Shown here piece by piece: positions 1 through 9,437 of a DNA stretch of 54,515 nt. The DNA is from a virus. Lineage: Duplodnaviria; Caudoviricetes. Position numbers and translations under genes: made by a program. A model generated the notes under the pieces. That model saw only the letters and a program-made list of their open reading frames with translations, ran no database searches and was not told the origin of the DNA. Position 1 is the first letter of the stretch. Each line of letters opens with the position of its first letter. The stretch covers positions 1 to 54,515 of IMG/VR virus record IMGVR_UViG_3300016484_000532; one strand, written 5' to 3'.

Positions 1-659
1 CGGGCGAGGCCAGCCCGGGAGTGACTCTCCCAGAGCTTGATCCGGAAGATCCTGACATCAAAGCGCTCGAAGAAGAGTTTCCTGAGATCGCCAAACTCAA
101 CCAGGCGACCCGTGCGGAGAATTTACGGCTCCGTCAGGAAATGGAAGCGCTGAAAAGCAGATCAGACCAGATGCTCAAACAATGGGAGTCGGAGCAAGTA
201 AAGAAGCAGCAGGCTGAGGTCGATGAGGTCAACACTCAAATCGACGCCAACCCGGTACTTCGTTACCTCCGAGCAGAAGGAGACGAAAAGCTCTGGAGCG
301 CAGCCGTTGAGATCGATCAACGCCTGAGGAATTCGCCGGTCTGGGCCGATAAGCCTATGGCTGACCGATTTGCAAAGGTCGTTGAGCGACTGGAAGAGGA
401 CTTTGGCCCGGTAAAGCTGCCGGCCGATTATCAGTCACCTGCCAGGACGACTGCTGCCAACCAAAAGCAAAGACGGGTGCAAGACGATGACACGCTCACG
501 ATCAACACCCTGTCCGACTTGAAGGGCGGTAGCAGCCCAGATTCTAGCGGCGTCAATGCGGAGAACATGACGGCAGCTGAGATAGGCGAATACTTCTTGA
601 AGATGGATCCGTCCCAGCTTTCCAAAATGGACCCCACGGAGATTCTGCGAAGACTCTGA
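1..659 (+). CDS. Putative capsid scaffolding protein (5' truncated)
   Basis: Acidic, helical coiled-coil ORF directly upstream of the major capsid gene; the frame is open from the window edge. Confidence 0.65.
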   Translation, partial: GEASPGVTLPELDPEDPDIKALEEEFPEIAKLNQATRAENLRLRQEMEALKSRSDQMLKQWESEQVKKQQAEVDEVNTQIDANPVLRYLRAEGDEKLWSAAVEIDQRLRNSPVWADKPMADRFAKVVERLEEDFGPVKLPADYQSPARTTAANQKQRRVQDDDTLTINTLSDLKGGSSPDSSGVNAENMTAAEIGEYFLKMDPSQLSKMDPTEILRRL

Positions 660-706
660 TCAGGGACGAATGGCCATGTCGTGAGACACGCCAACCCAAT
701 CAACCC

Positions 707-729
707 AACCGCCGAGAGGCGGTTTTTTT
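707..729 (+). terminator. Rho-independent terminator between scaffold and capsid genes
   Basis: AACCGCC-GAGA-GGCGGTT followed by a T run. Confidence 0.75.
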
Positions 730-773
730 ATGCCCGCGTCGTGATGACGCTCTTCCCGTAGCAGGAAAATTAA

Positions 774-2072
774 ATGGCACAGACTCAAATCCCAGTCGGG
801 TCACCGTTAGCCCGCAAAATTTACGGCGCAGCGCTCTTTGCTCGCGTCATCCAGGCTCCGGCCTTCACCCGCTCGCTCACCGGCGACGCTCCTTCACAGG
901 GCGATGCCGAAGCGAAGCTGAAGGGTCAGACTGCATCCACGATGCCTATCGTGCGTGTAACCGACCTTTCCAAGACCCAGGGCGATGCAGTATCCGTCGA
1001 CCTGTTCGACACCATCAACGGTAAGCCGATCGTTGGCGATCGTTCAGCTGAAGGCAAGGGCGAAAAGCTCACCTCGTCTTCAATGGACATCCGCATCGAT
1101 CTCCTCACCAAGGTGGTCGACGCGGGTGGCAAGATGGCTGCACAGCGTACCGTTCACAACCTGCGTGGCGTTGCCATGGCGCAGATGGAAGGTTACTTCC
1201 CGCGTCTGTATGACCAGCTGGCAATCGTTCACCTGGCTGGTGCGCGTGGTTCTCTGACCGGTCGTGACTGGATCGTACCGACCGCAGCTGATCCTGATTT
1301 CAGCGACATCGCAGTCAACTCGATCAAGGCTCCGACCTACAACCGTCACTTTGTTGTGGATACTGCATCTGCAGGCAACCTCATCCAGGGTGGCCAGCAG
1401 CTCGGCAGCATCGACAGCACCGACATCATGACTCTGGCGCATATCGACAGCCTGTCTCTGCAGTTGGACGATCTGGAATACCCGATCCCCAACGTCAAGA
1501 TCGCTGACGATCCGGCTGCAAACGATGAGCCGATCAAGGCCATCCTGTGGCTGACCCCGCGTCAGTGGTATCACCTGAAGACGGAAGCCGGCACCAGCAA
1601 CACCTGGCGCACCTTCCTGCAGAACGCCTGGGCGCGTAAGAGCTACGGCTCCAAGCACCCGCTGTTCTCAGGTGAACCGGGCCTCTGGAACGGCATCTTG
1701 GTTCGCCAGCTGCCGCGTTTCACCATTCGCTTTGCGGCGGGTGAAAACGTCAACATCGTTACCGCGGCAAACCGTTACAGCGCCACTGAATCTGCTCAGG
1801 CAGTGAACGCTGGCCTGACGGCAGGTTACGCCGTTGAACGTGCGATTCTGACCGGTGGTCAGGCGCTGGCAATGTGTTACGGGCGGAATAACAGCAGCGG
1901 CTATTATTTTTCGTGGGCGGAAAGAAAATACAATTTCGAACGCGCTCTCGAAGTAGCGGGCGACGCTATGTTCGGTATGTCAAAGCTCCGTTTCAACTTC
2001 ACTGATGCCAACGGCAACAGCGAACCGACTGACTACGGTGTCTTTGCGATCGATAGTGTCGTTCGCACTTAG
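774..2072 (+). CDS. Major capsid protein, N4-gp56/DUF4043 family
   Basis: 432 aa; PIVRVTDLSKTQGDAVSVDLF and DYGVFAIDS motifs typical of this family; AGGA RBS. Confidence 0.9.
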   Translation: MAQTQIPVGSPLARKIYGAALFARVIQAPAFTRSLTGDAPSQGDAEAKLKGQTASTMPIVRVTDLSKTQGDAVSVDLFDTINGKPIVGDRSAEGKGEKLTSSSMDIRIDLLTKVVDAGGKMAAQRTVHNLRGVAMAQMEGYFPRLYDQLAIVHLAGARGSLTGRDWIVPTAADPDFSDIAVNSIKAPTYNRHFVVDTASAGNLIQGGQQLGSIDSTDIMTLAHIDSLSLQLDDLEYPIPNVKIADDPAANDEPIKAILWLTPRQWYHLKTEAGTSNTWRTFLQNAWARKSYGSKHPLFSGEPGLWNGILVRQLPRFTIRFAAGENVNIVTAANRYSATESAQAVNAGLTAGYAVERAILTGGQALAMCYGRNNSSGYYFSWAERKYNFERALEVAGDAMFGMSKLRFNFTDANGNSEPTDYGVFAIDSVVRT

Positions 2073-2091
2073 CCTTATAACTTCAAACCTG

Positions 2092-2115
2092 AAACCCGCC
2101 TCGGCGGGTTTTTTA
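2092..2115 (+). terminator. Rho-independent terminator
   Basis: AAACCCGCC-TC-GGCGGGTTT plus T run after the capsid gene. Confidence 0.8.
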
Positions 2116-2132
2116 TTACCTGAGGTAATCAA

Positions 2133-2555
2133 ATGTCTCTATACACCGCACCTACGCTGACTCGCTCACCGGCTACGGACAAGAGCTACGCCTACACCGA
2201 CCAGGGTAGCGTCACTCTGACCCCGGCCACGGGCGACGTCGTCAACTTCCTTGTGATTCCGGCTGGTACGGAAATCCGCGAGGTCGTCATCAACAACGCT
2301 GACCTGGGTACCGCAGCTCCGATCAACCTGGGTTATGCCCCGCTTGATGGATCCGCTGGCAGCGCAACGGCTTTTGCTTCTGCGTATGCCGCCGACACGG
2401 CTGTAGCAGCCGGCCAGCCTTACCACGTCATCCTTGCTTCGCCGATCAAGGTTGAGCGGGATTCGTTCCTTCAGGCTGTGTTTGGCACGGTCACTGGTGG
2501 CGCTTCTGGCGCAATCACTGTCCAGGCCAAGGGCATTCTGCTCGGCGCCAAGTAA
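2133..2555 (+). CDS. Putative capsid decoration/cement protein
   Basis: 140 aa, small-residue beta-rich protein following the capsid gene; GAGG RBS. Confidence 0.6.
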   Translation: MSLYTAPTLTRSPATDKSYAYTDQGSVTLTPATGDVVNFLVIPAGTEIREVVINNADLGTAAPINLGYAPLDGSAGSATAFASAYAADTAVAAGQPYHVILASPIKVERDSFLQAVFGTVTGGASGAITVQAKGILLGAK

Positions 2556-2606
2556 GGGCATTGAGAGGCGGGTTTCGGCCCGCCTTTCCATCTCAAGGAG
2601 AAACGC

Positions 2607-2981
2607 ATGCTGCGCGTGAAATACATCGGCCAGAAGGCCAGCCAGTTTTTTAGGTTCGAAGATCTTGAGGTCACCTGGTTTGGGCAGGGAGATGTCCAGC
2701 TGGTGCCGGAACAGTTTGCTGGAACCATCAATTCCCACCCCACCATTTGGGAAATCGTGGGACACGCAAAGGATAGTAAACCTGCTGGAATCACTGAAGA
2801 AAAAGTGGAAGAGCCGGTCGAAATCCCTGCGCTCGTTGACATCAACAGCATGGACAAGGCAGCCCTTCAGGCTTATTGCCAGCGCGAATTCGGGTTGACG
2901 ACTGATCCCAAGTGGCCCGTGACGCGTCTTCGCAAGTACGTCCAGGACGTCATGGGACAGAAGCTCTACGACGCAAAGTAA
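2607..2981 (+). CDS. Hypothetical phage protein
   Basis: AAGGAG RBS; 124 aa; in operon. Confidence 0.6.
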   Translation: MLRVKYIGQKASQFFRFEDLEVTWFGQGDVQLVPEQFAGTINSHPTIWEIVGHAKDSKPAGITEEKVEEPVEIPALVDINSMDKAALQAYCQREFGLTTDPKWPVTRLRKYVQDVMGQKLYDAK

Positions 2982-2984
2982 GTC

Positions 2985-3614
2985 ATGGCCTACACCAACG
3001 CAGACGACACAATCAGTTTGGAATCCCTCGTTGGACCCATGATGCTCGATTGCCCCTATCCGATTGCGGAGCAGGGAATTAGATGGGCTGCTATCGAATT
3101 CTGCGAACGAACGAAATGCTATTCCAATATCCAGACCAAGACGGTAGGGAGCGGGATCCAGTCCATCATTTTGTCGCCAAGTGACGATGCCCTGATCACA
3201 GACCTTATAGAGGTTGAGTGGAACGGCAAAGAAATCACCCCAATAACCCAAAAAGAAGCCGATCAGCTGCGGCTGAGGGCGTCTGTAGGCGTTCCTGAAG
3301 GGTATTACAGGCCAAATCCAGAATCGATTGTCTTGGTTCCAGCTCCTGAGGCGTCTGGAACACTCAAGATTTACATGTCATTGACGCCAACCAGAACAGC
3401 CAACTCAATCCCACGGTTCCTTTATGACCTGAACTGGGAGGCGATCGAGCACGGGGCCAAAGCTCGTTTGATGAGCCTTGCCAATAGACCTTGGTCTGAT
3501 CCGCAAATGGCTGGATACCACAAGCAACAGTTTGAAATGCTGATTGGCAGTTACAGCATTCGCGCAGACAAGGACGGCACACGCCTTCCGCTGCGCGTAA
3601 AACCCAATTTCTAG
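2985..3614 (+). CDS. Head-tail adaptor-like protein
   Basis: AAIEFCERT...AIEHGAKARLMSLANRPWSDP pattern of podophage adaptor proteins; position. Confidence 0.65.
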   Translation: MAYTNADDTISLESLVGPMMLDCPYPIAEQGIRWAAIEFCERTKCYSNIQTKTVGSGIQSIILSPSDDALITDLIEVEWNGKEITPITQKEADQLRLRASVGVPEGYYRPNPESIVLVPAPEASGTLKIYMSLTPTRTANSIPRFLYDLNWEAIEHGAKARLMSLANRPWSDPQMAGYHKQQFEMLIGSYSIRADKDGTRLPLRVKPNF

Positions 3615-3627
3615 TCGGGAGACCAAG

Positions 3628-4287
3628 ATGTCATTAACCGCGCAGAACATCATGGATCGTGCATCCATGATTATCCAAGACCTTACCAACGTAAGGTGGC
3701 CTGCAACTGAGCTGACCAACTGGCTCAATGACTGCCGTAGAGAATTGGCGGTAGCCCGACCGGATATTTACTCTGTATCCACAACGATGCCTCTTGCTGC
3801 AGGGGCGAAGCAATCGCTTCCCTCAGGCGGTCTTCGGCTGATGGATATTCCCAGAAACACAAGTGGGCCTGCGATCACGGTCACAAATCGGGGATTCCTG
3901 GACCAGCAGAACCCATCATGGCATCAGATGACGCAGTCGGCCACGATCAAGCATTTCATGCTGGATGAAAGATATCCCACCAGCTTTTGGGTATATCCGC
4001 CAGCGACTAGCGCTGCATCGGTTGAAGTTATCTACCAGCAGGCACCAACGGATTACACCGCTTCATCAACGCTCTCTTCGTTCGAAGAACTCTACGGCGG
4101 GGCGATGGTGGACTACATCTGCTATCGAGCGTTCTCCAAGGATTCCGAATACGCAGGAAACGCGGATCGAGCAATCGCGCATTACACCCAGTTTGCAAAT
4201 TCATTGAAGACCGGCGCTGTAGTCAGTGTGTCAACTAGCCCCAACGCACAGAACGTCGGGGGCACCAAGCAGGCTCCACAGGGTTAA
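3628..4287 (+). CDS. Head-tail adaptor-like protein (DUF6682-like)
   Basis: RWPATELTNWLND, FWVYPP and YRAFSKD motifs. Confidence 0.65.
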   Translation: MSLTAQNIMDRASMIIQDLTNVRWPATELTNWLNDCRRELAVARPDIYSVSTTMPLAAGAKQSLPSGGLRLMDIPRNTSGPAITVTNRGFLDQQNPSWHQMTQSATIKHFMLDERYPTSFWVYPPATSAASVEVIYQQAPTDYTASSTLSSFEELYGGAMVDYICYRAFSKDSEYAGNADRAIAHYTQFANSLKTGAVVSVSTSPNAQNVGGTKQAPQG

Positions 4288-4290
4288 GCC

Positions 4291-4626
4291 ATGGCAGATC
4301 GGATCAAGCTCGTCCAAGGCGACACCGGACCTCAGCTTCAGCTCACCCTGACGGATGAGTTGTCGGGGCTGCCTATCGACTTGACCGGGGCGACGGTGAC
4401 GATGAAGTTTCGGGCGGCAGGGAGCGATACGACCCTTTTCACTCGAACCGCTTTCATCAACCCGGAGACGGCGATTAATGGCTTGTGCGTAGTTCACTGG
4501 CTGACGGGTGATCTCGACGTTGAACCCGGATCCTACGAAGGCGAAATCGAAGTCGTGTTCCAGGATGCCATGCGGCAGACAGTCTATGACCTTCTCAAGT
4601 TCACGTTGCGGCAGGACTTCAACTGA
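4291..4626 (+). CDS. BppU N-terminal-like Ig-fold virion protein
   Basis: QGDTGP...PIDLTGATV...GSYEGEIEV pattern. Confidence 0.6.
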   Translation: MADRIKLVQGDTGPQLQLTLTDELSGLPIDLTGATVTMKFRAAGSDTTLFTRTAFINPETAINGLCVVHWLTGDLDVEPGSYEGEIEVVFQDAMRQTVYDLLKFTLRQDFN

Positions 4627-5678
4627 TGAAGACAAGCTGGTCAGCCAGGATCCTCAAACTTGCATCGACTGTCCGGACGATTTCGGCGGATGCGAGCGCG
4701 AGACAATTGGCTGTATCGGTACGCGCAAGCACCATAGCGTTTAGGGCGTTGGTTGGTCGATTCGTTGTTTTCCTGGACAAGGAAGATGCCGCTGCGTTTA
4801 CGGATCATAAGGCCATTGAGCTGCGTAAATCATGCGCTGATTCAATCGCCGCGCTTGACAGGTTAAGTAACGAACTTCGCGCCAAAAAGGAAGACGGGGC
4901 TTTTATCAGCGACGCAGCCAAAGCCGCAGCCGTAAAAAACCTACAAGATTTAGCCTCTATTCTTGAGCGCAAAAACATAGCGTTTGGTAAGACCGCTTCA
5001 GACGCGGCCCTATTTATTGATGCGGCCGTCCGGTTTTCTGGCAAGAGTCTGTCTGACTCTGCTGTTTTCTCTGAAACCAAAACAAAAACATTCTCCAAGA
5101 CGGCAGCCGATAACTTTGCCGCTTTGGATGCCGCAGCAAAAGGGTTGAGTCGAGGGCTTGTAGAAAGCTGCGCTGTTATTGACGCGGCATCAAGGACGGT
5201 CACCAAAGGATTGTTTGATATTGCCACGGTTACGGACGACGTGGATGGGCAGGCATCGATCCTCGACGACGAGACGATGAGCTTCTTAAAAGGGGTGAGT
5301 CACCAGGTTCGAGCGCTGGACGCCATTGAATTGGTTTCCGGATTTAACCGCACCTTTGCTGATGCGCTGAATGCTTTCGATTTATTGAGCAACGGCGTAC
5401 TCAAATCCCCAAATGAAAGCCTAGCGGCGAGTGACCAATACACGCACCTGTTTGATAAGAGGCCGATCGATACAGCGGTTTTTGCAGACCTCGTTGCACG
5501 GACAGGACTGAAAGCTATCCCGGACTCAGGGTTCTTTTCTGACTTTGCAAGTAAATCAAACGGCAAAGCATTTATCGAACAGACCTCGATCACCGACACG
5601 GGGTTTTTGCGAAGTCAGGGGTACTCGGACTTCACTTATTTCGCGGAAGACTTTGTCGGTGCTTCCAGAACTTTTTAA
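4626..5678 (+). CDS. Repetitive virion protein with about 18-19 aa KxxxDxxxxxD repeats
   Basis: Recurrent K..D.A...D periodicity; start overlaps the upstream stop. Confidence 0.55.
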   Translation: MKTSWSARILKLASTVRTISADASARQLAVSVRASTIAFRALVGRFVVFLDKEDAAAFTDHKAIELRKSCADSIAALDRLSNELRAKKEDGAFISDAAKAAAVKNLQDLASILERKNIAFGKTASDAALFIDAAVRFSGKSLSDSAVFSETKTKTFSKTAADNFAALDAAAKGLSRGLVESCAVIDAASRTVTKGLFDIATVTDDVDGQASILDDETMSFLKGVSHQVRALDAIELVSGFNRTFADALNAFDLLSNGVLKSPNESLAASDQYTHLFDKRPIDTAVFADLVARTGLKAIPDSGFFSDFASKSNGKAFIEQTSITDTGFLRSQGYSDFTYFAEDFVGASRTF

Positions 5679-5690
5679 GAGGTTAAACCC

Positions 5691-6152
5691 ATGCTCACTA
5701 ATGAATCGTTGAAGATCCAGGGCCAGCTCAACATCGTCCTCAAGGACAAGTCTGGCAATGTCAAAGAGGAACGTGAAGTAAAGAACCTGGTGGTCAACAC
5801 CGGTCTTGCTTTCATCATCAGCCGTATGGCCGGCACCACCAAAGGCGTTATGTCTTACATGGCTCTGGGTTCAGGTACGACGGCAACCGCTGCTGGTCAG
5901 ACGGATTTGGTCAGCATCCTTGGTGTTCGCGAAATCATCGACAGCACGACGATCTCAGGAACCAACAACGAAAAGATCGTCTATGTCTCTTCGTTCGAAG
6001 CTGGAGACGCCACTGGTGCAGTGACGGAAGCGGGCATTTTCAATGCTTCAACGGCCGGCGACATGCTTTGCCGTACCGTTTTTCCGGTAGTGAACAAGCA
6101 GGCAGACGATACGCTTGCCATCACCTGGACCTTGACCCTCAGCGCAGTGTAA
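5691..6152 (+). CDS. Conserved phage tail/virion structural protein
   Basis: KNLVVNTG...ALGSG...TEAGIFNA...GDMLCR...W motif; GAGG RBS. Confidence 0.65.
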   Translation: MLTNESLKIQGQLNIVLKDKSGNVKEEREVKNLVVNTGLAFIISRMAGTTKGVMSYMALGSGTTATAAGQTDLVSILGVREIIDSTTISGTNNEKIVYVSSFEAGDATGAVTEAGIFNASTAGDMLCRTVFPVVNKQADDTLAITWTLTLSAV

Positions 6153-6170
6153 CAGACGGAGGCGTCGATC

Positions 6171-6566
6171 ATGGCTACGTTAGTTTTACGCAACACAAAG
6201 GGGTCGCCCTTAACCAACACCGAACTCGACGCCAATTTCTCAAACTTAAACGATTACAAGGTCGAAAAAGATTCTGCAACAGGATCAGCGCAGCTCCCCG
6301 CTGGAACGACCGCGCAACGATCCGGCAATGCAGGCTCCGTTCGCTACAACAGCCAGACCGATGACTTTGAAGGCAAAAAGTCAGGTGGCTGGGGCAGTAT
6401 CGGCGGCGGGTATACCTCCAAAATCATCACGGCAGATACCACCCTGAATGCCTCAACAGAATACGTGGCCGGAAGCGCAACTGAAATTGCCGCAACCGCC
6501 ACACTCCGAATTCCTGCGACAACCCTTGTGCGGTTCGCCATCTACACCACCGGCGCAAGCCTCTAG
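6171..6566 (+). CDS. Tail fibre-associated protein
   Basis: KGSPLTNTELDANF and LPAGTTAQR...RYNS fibre-type motifs; GGAGG RBS. Confidence 0.55.
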   Translation: MATLVLRNTKGSPLTNTELDANFSNLNDYKVEKDSATGSAQLPAGTTAQRSGNAGSVRYNSQTDDFEGKKSGGWGSIGGGYTSKIITADTTLNASTEYVAGSATEIAATATLRIPATTLVRFAIYTTGASL

Positions 6567-6577
6567 GAGAGATACCC

Positions 6578-7768
6578 ATGCCAGCTCGTCTTGATTCTGC
6601 CTCAGGCGGAGCCATCGTCCTTGTTCCGGAAGACGGCGCAACCGTCGTCAATGTGACCGTTCCCCGCGCCGGAATCCAGGCCTATAGCGCCGAAACCCCT
6701 ACGGCTGCCGCCTCCGATGCGGAAATCGTCGCCGGAGCGCTGACGGCACTCAAGAGTATGACCCCGGCTCAGATCAAGCTGGCGGTTCAGACCTTTGCAC
6801 CGCAGACGCCCATCTACGGACTCTTCCGAAAGGCGGTTCAGGGCGTGGTGGCCTGGAGCAAGACAGGAGCCTTTACGGTTTCTACCGCCATGACGCTCTA
6901 TGTGGAGGTCAATGGCGTCACCAAGACGATTGCTTCCGGAACGGCAGTGACCATGCCGACGGCTACAGCGGGAACGGATTACGCCATATGGGCCAATCCA
7001 GACGGTACCCTTCAGGCCACCACCAACTTTGCCAGCCCTCCCGTCACCAACGGGCGACTGGTCGGGGGTTTCCACTATGCACCGGGCGGTAATGCCACCG
7101 GCACGACCGGGGGCGATACCACGCCCGCCATCAACCCCTACAGCTTTTGGGATCTGAAGTTCCGCCCTCGCTGCGGCGATCCTCGCGGCATGGCCTTGAT
7201 TGGCGGTGGATTCTGGTGCGATATCTATCTCACCAACACCGATCCCGGCACCAATGGCACCAGTAGCTATAACAAGACCATTGCCGATGGCTCTTCGCCA
7301 CCCAAGATCCCGACGCTCTACGGCGGCAACGGGGCAACGGCCTATGGTTCCCTGACCTTCTTCGAGGCTCAGGAAGTCGCTCACGCCTACGGCAAGCGCC
7401 CCCTGTTCCAGTCGGAATTCATGGCGGCGACCTACGGAACCACGGAAGGCTCCTCTATCGGTACCGATCAGGGATCAACCATTCTGAATGCCGCCTACAC
7501 CTCAAAGCACGGCATCATCCAGGCTACAGGTGTCATGTGGGTCTGGGGTCAAGAACGCGGCGGTGCTTACAACACGGCGGGAGCTTGGCAATCCGACACC
7601 GGCGGTCGCGGTCAGTCTTACGGCGCGCCTAACGCGGCGATCTTTGGCGGCCCCTGGAACGCCGGGGCGTACTGCGGTTCGCGTTCGTCGGCCTGGTACC
7701 TCGCTGCCTCGGACTCGACCAACAGCATCGGGTTGCGGTGCGCCTGTGACCACCTGCAACTTGATTAA
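6578..7768 (+). CDS. mtd: Major tropism determinant-like receptor-binding protein, DGR target (C-type lectin-like fold)
   Basis: GGFHYAPGGNA, SFWDLKFRP and DPRGM motifs like BPP-1 Mtd; the C-terminus carries the VR matching the TR. Confidence 0.9.
   Translation: MPARLDSASGGAIVLVPEDGATVVNVTVPRAGIQAYSAETPTAAASDAEIVAGALTALKSMTPAQIKLAVQTFAPQTPIYGLFRKAVQGVVAWSKTGAFTVSTAMTLYVEVNGVTKTIASGTAVTMPTATAGTDYAIWANPDGTLQATTNFASPPVTNGRLVGGFHYAPGGNATGTTGGDTTPAINPYSFWDLKFRPRCGDPRGMALIGGGFWCDIYLTNTDPGTNGTSSYNKTIADGSSPPKIPTLYGGNGATAYGSLTFFEAQEVAHAYGKRPLFQSEFMAATYGTTEGSSIGTDQGSTILNAAYTSKHGIIQATGVMWVWGQERGGAYNTAGAWQSDTGGRGQSYGAPNAAIFGGPWNAGAYCGSRSSAWYLAASDSTNSIGLRCACDHLQLD
7631..7750 (+). repeat. DGR variable repeat (VR)
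   Basis: 120 bp aligns ungapped to 8178-8297 with 13 mismatches, all opposite TR adenines. Confidence 0.97.
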
Positions 7769-7769
7769 A

Positions 7770-7785
7770 GGGCGCGAAAGCGCCC
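7770..7785 (+). promoter_or_regulatory. DGR target-recognition hairpin downstream of VR/IMH
   Basis: GGGCGC-GAAA-GCGCCC immediately after the mtd stop, as in BPP-1-type DGRs. Confidence 0.85.
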
Positions 7786-7792
7786 GTTCAGG

Positions 7793-8179
7793 ATGAACGA
7801 AGAAGCACAACCGGATGAGGCAATCGCGTGTTACGACCAAATGGCCATCGTCGAAAAGTACGAACGGGCCATTGCCTACCTCTACCCCATTGCGCAATCC
7901 GTACCAAGAAAGCATGGGGTGGCACGGGATATGTTTCTTCACTGCCTGATGGGACAGCCGGACCTCTTTTTTCAGGCCGGGAAATCCAATCAGGTGGGAA
8001 AGCTTTATGCGGCAGATGCGGGACTCGCGCATCTTCGCTTTTGGATGCGATTTCTTCACGCCCAACGCTGTATGAGTCATCGCCAACTCGAATTCGCGCA
8101 AGGATTGGTCAGCGAAGTCGGTGGCATGCTTCATACGTGGATAAAGCGGAAGAAAAAGCAGGGGTCTACCGGGACATAA
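7793..8179 (+). CDS. avd: Accessory variability determinant (Avd), four-helix bundle
   Basis: 128 aa between target and TR; PRKHG...LYAADAGLAHLRFWMRFL...EVGGML..W motifs. Confidence 0.9.
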   Translation: MNEEAQPDEAIACYDQMAIVEKYERAIAYLYPIAQSVPRKHGVARDMFLHCLMGQPDLFFQAGKSNQVGKLYAADAGLAHLRFWMRFLHAQRCMSHRQLEFAQGLVSEVGGMLHTWIKRKKKQGSTGT

Positions 8180-8297
8180 CGCGGCGATCTTTGGCGGCAA
8201 CTGGAACAACGGGGCGAACTGCGGTTCGCGTTCGTCGAACTGGAACAACGCTGCCTCGAACTCGAACAACAACATCGGGTTGCGGTGCGCCTGTGAC
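8178..8297 (+). ncRNA. DGR template repeat (TR)
   Basis: AAC-rich copy of the VR (12 AAC triplets in VR frame); diverges after TGTGAC (IMH*). Confidence 0.95.
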
Positions 8298-8444
8298 ACA
8301 TGATTTCCGCTCTGCCGTCACCAAGGTGCGGCAGGCCGTCCACTTCAACATGTGGTCAGCCGGTCAGATCCTCCTTCGGGGAATACACGTCGGGGTCTGG
8401 CAGAGCGTCGAGTACCAAGGACGGGAAAGACGCGGCCAGCATTG

Positions 8445-9437
8445 ATGGGTACCCGACACAAACACCTAATCGAACGGATTGCATCCGACAGCAACCTTCG
8501 ACTGGCCTACGCCAGAACCACCAAGAACAAGCGCATGACCTGGGGTTATCTCAACTTCAAGGAATATGACGAAATGCGGCTTCGGGAAATCCAGGCGGAG
8601 CTGCTCGAAGGTCGTTACCGGATCGGGCCTTATCGGGAATTCACCATCTATGAACCCAAAGCCCGGAATATCTCGGCGCTCGGATTCAAGGATCGACTGG
8701 TGCAGCACGCGATCTGCAACGTCATTGGCCCGATCTTCGAGAACCTTTTGCTCCCTTACACCTTTGCCTGTAGACCCGGCAAGGGAACCCATGCGGGTGT
8801 AAAGCACATTCAGGCGCGGCTTCGGCATACCGGCGCAACCCATTTTTTAAAGACGGACTTCAGGCGGTTCTTTCCCAGCGTCCGGCATGAAGTCTTGCAC
8901 CCAATGATCGAACGCAAGATCGGCTGCCACCGAACCCTGTCCGTTCTCCGGGAAATCATCCCGCCAGAAGGGCTGGGATTACCGATTGGAAGCCTCACCT
9001 CGCAGCTTTTTGCCAACGTCTACGGCGGGGCAGTGGATCGGTTTATCCACTTTGACCTTAAGGAGCGGAATTGGGCGCGGTACATGGATGACATCATCAT
9101 CCTGGGTCATGACGTGGATCACCTTCGAGAAACCTTTTTTCGGATTGAGGCCTTTTCCAAGGAGCAACTGGGACTCTCCATCAGCAAATGGCAGGCGGCT
9201 TCCGTCAGTCGAGGCATCAATTTCCTCGGCTACCGAATCTGGGCTACCCACAAGCTGCTCCGGAAAAGCTCCGTGATACGCGCCAAGCGCAAGATCAGAG
9301 CCGCCATCGAGCATGGCGACCATGAGGCACTCAATAAATTCGTAGCAGCCTGGGCGGGACACGCCCGCTGGGCTGACACCAATAACCTCTTAATTCATTT
9401 GGAGAACAACTATGAACTTGGGCACCACCATCATTAA
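8445..9437 (+). CDS. brt: DGR reverse transcriptase
   Basis: YMDD catalytic motif, GLPIGSLTSQLFAN (DGR-type SQ), FLKTDFRRFF, FLGY; likely start MGTRHKHL at 8445. Confidence 0.95.
   Translation: MGTRHKHLIERIASDSNLRLAYARTTKNKRMTWGYLNFKEYDEMRLREIQAELLEGRYRIGPYREFTIYEPKARNISALGFKDRLVQHAICNVIGPIFENLLLPYTFACRPGKGTHAGVKHIQARLRHTGATHFLKTDFRRFFPSVRHEVLHPMIERKIGCHRTLSVLREIIPPEGLGLPIGSLTSQLFANVYGGAVDRFIHFDLKERNWARYMDDIIILGHDVDHLRETFFRIEAFSKEQLGLSISKWQAASVSRGINFLGYRIWATHKLLRKSSVIRAKRKIRAAIEHGDHEALNKFVAAWAGHARWADTNNLLIHLENNYELGHHHH

Noticed and set aside
2166-3251. Long antisense ORFs (also 6602-7384, 7502-8299, 16096-16905)
   Set aside because: They lie opposite well-supported genes and have no motifs or RBS
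8166-8445. ORFs running through the TR (e.g. 7828-8445) and the extended RT start at 8352
   Set aside because: TR and spacer function as RNA; RT similarity begins at MGTRHK (8445)
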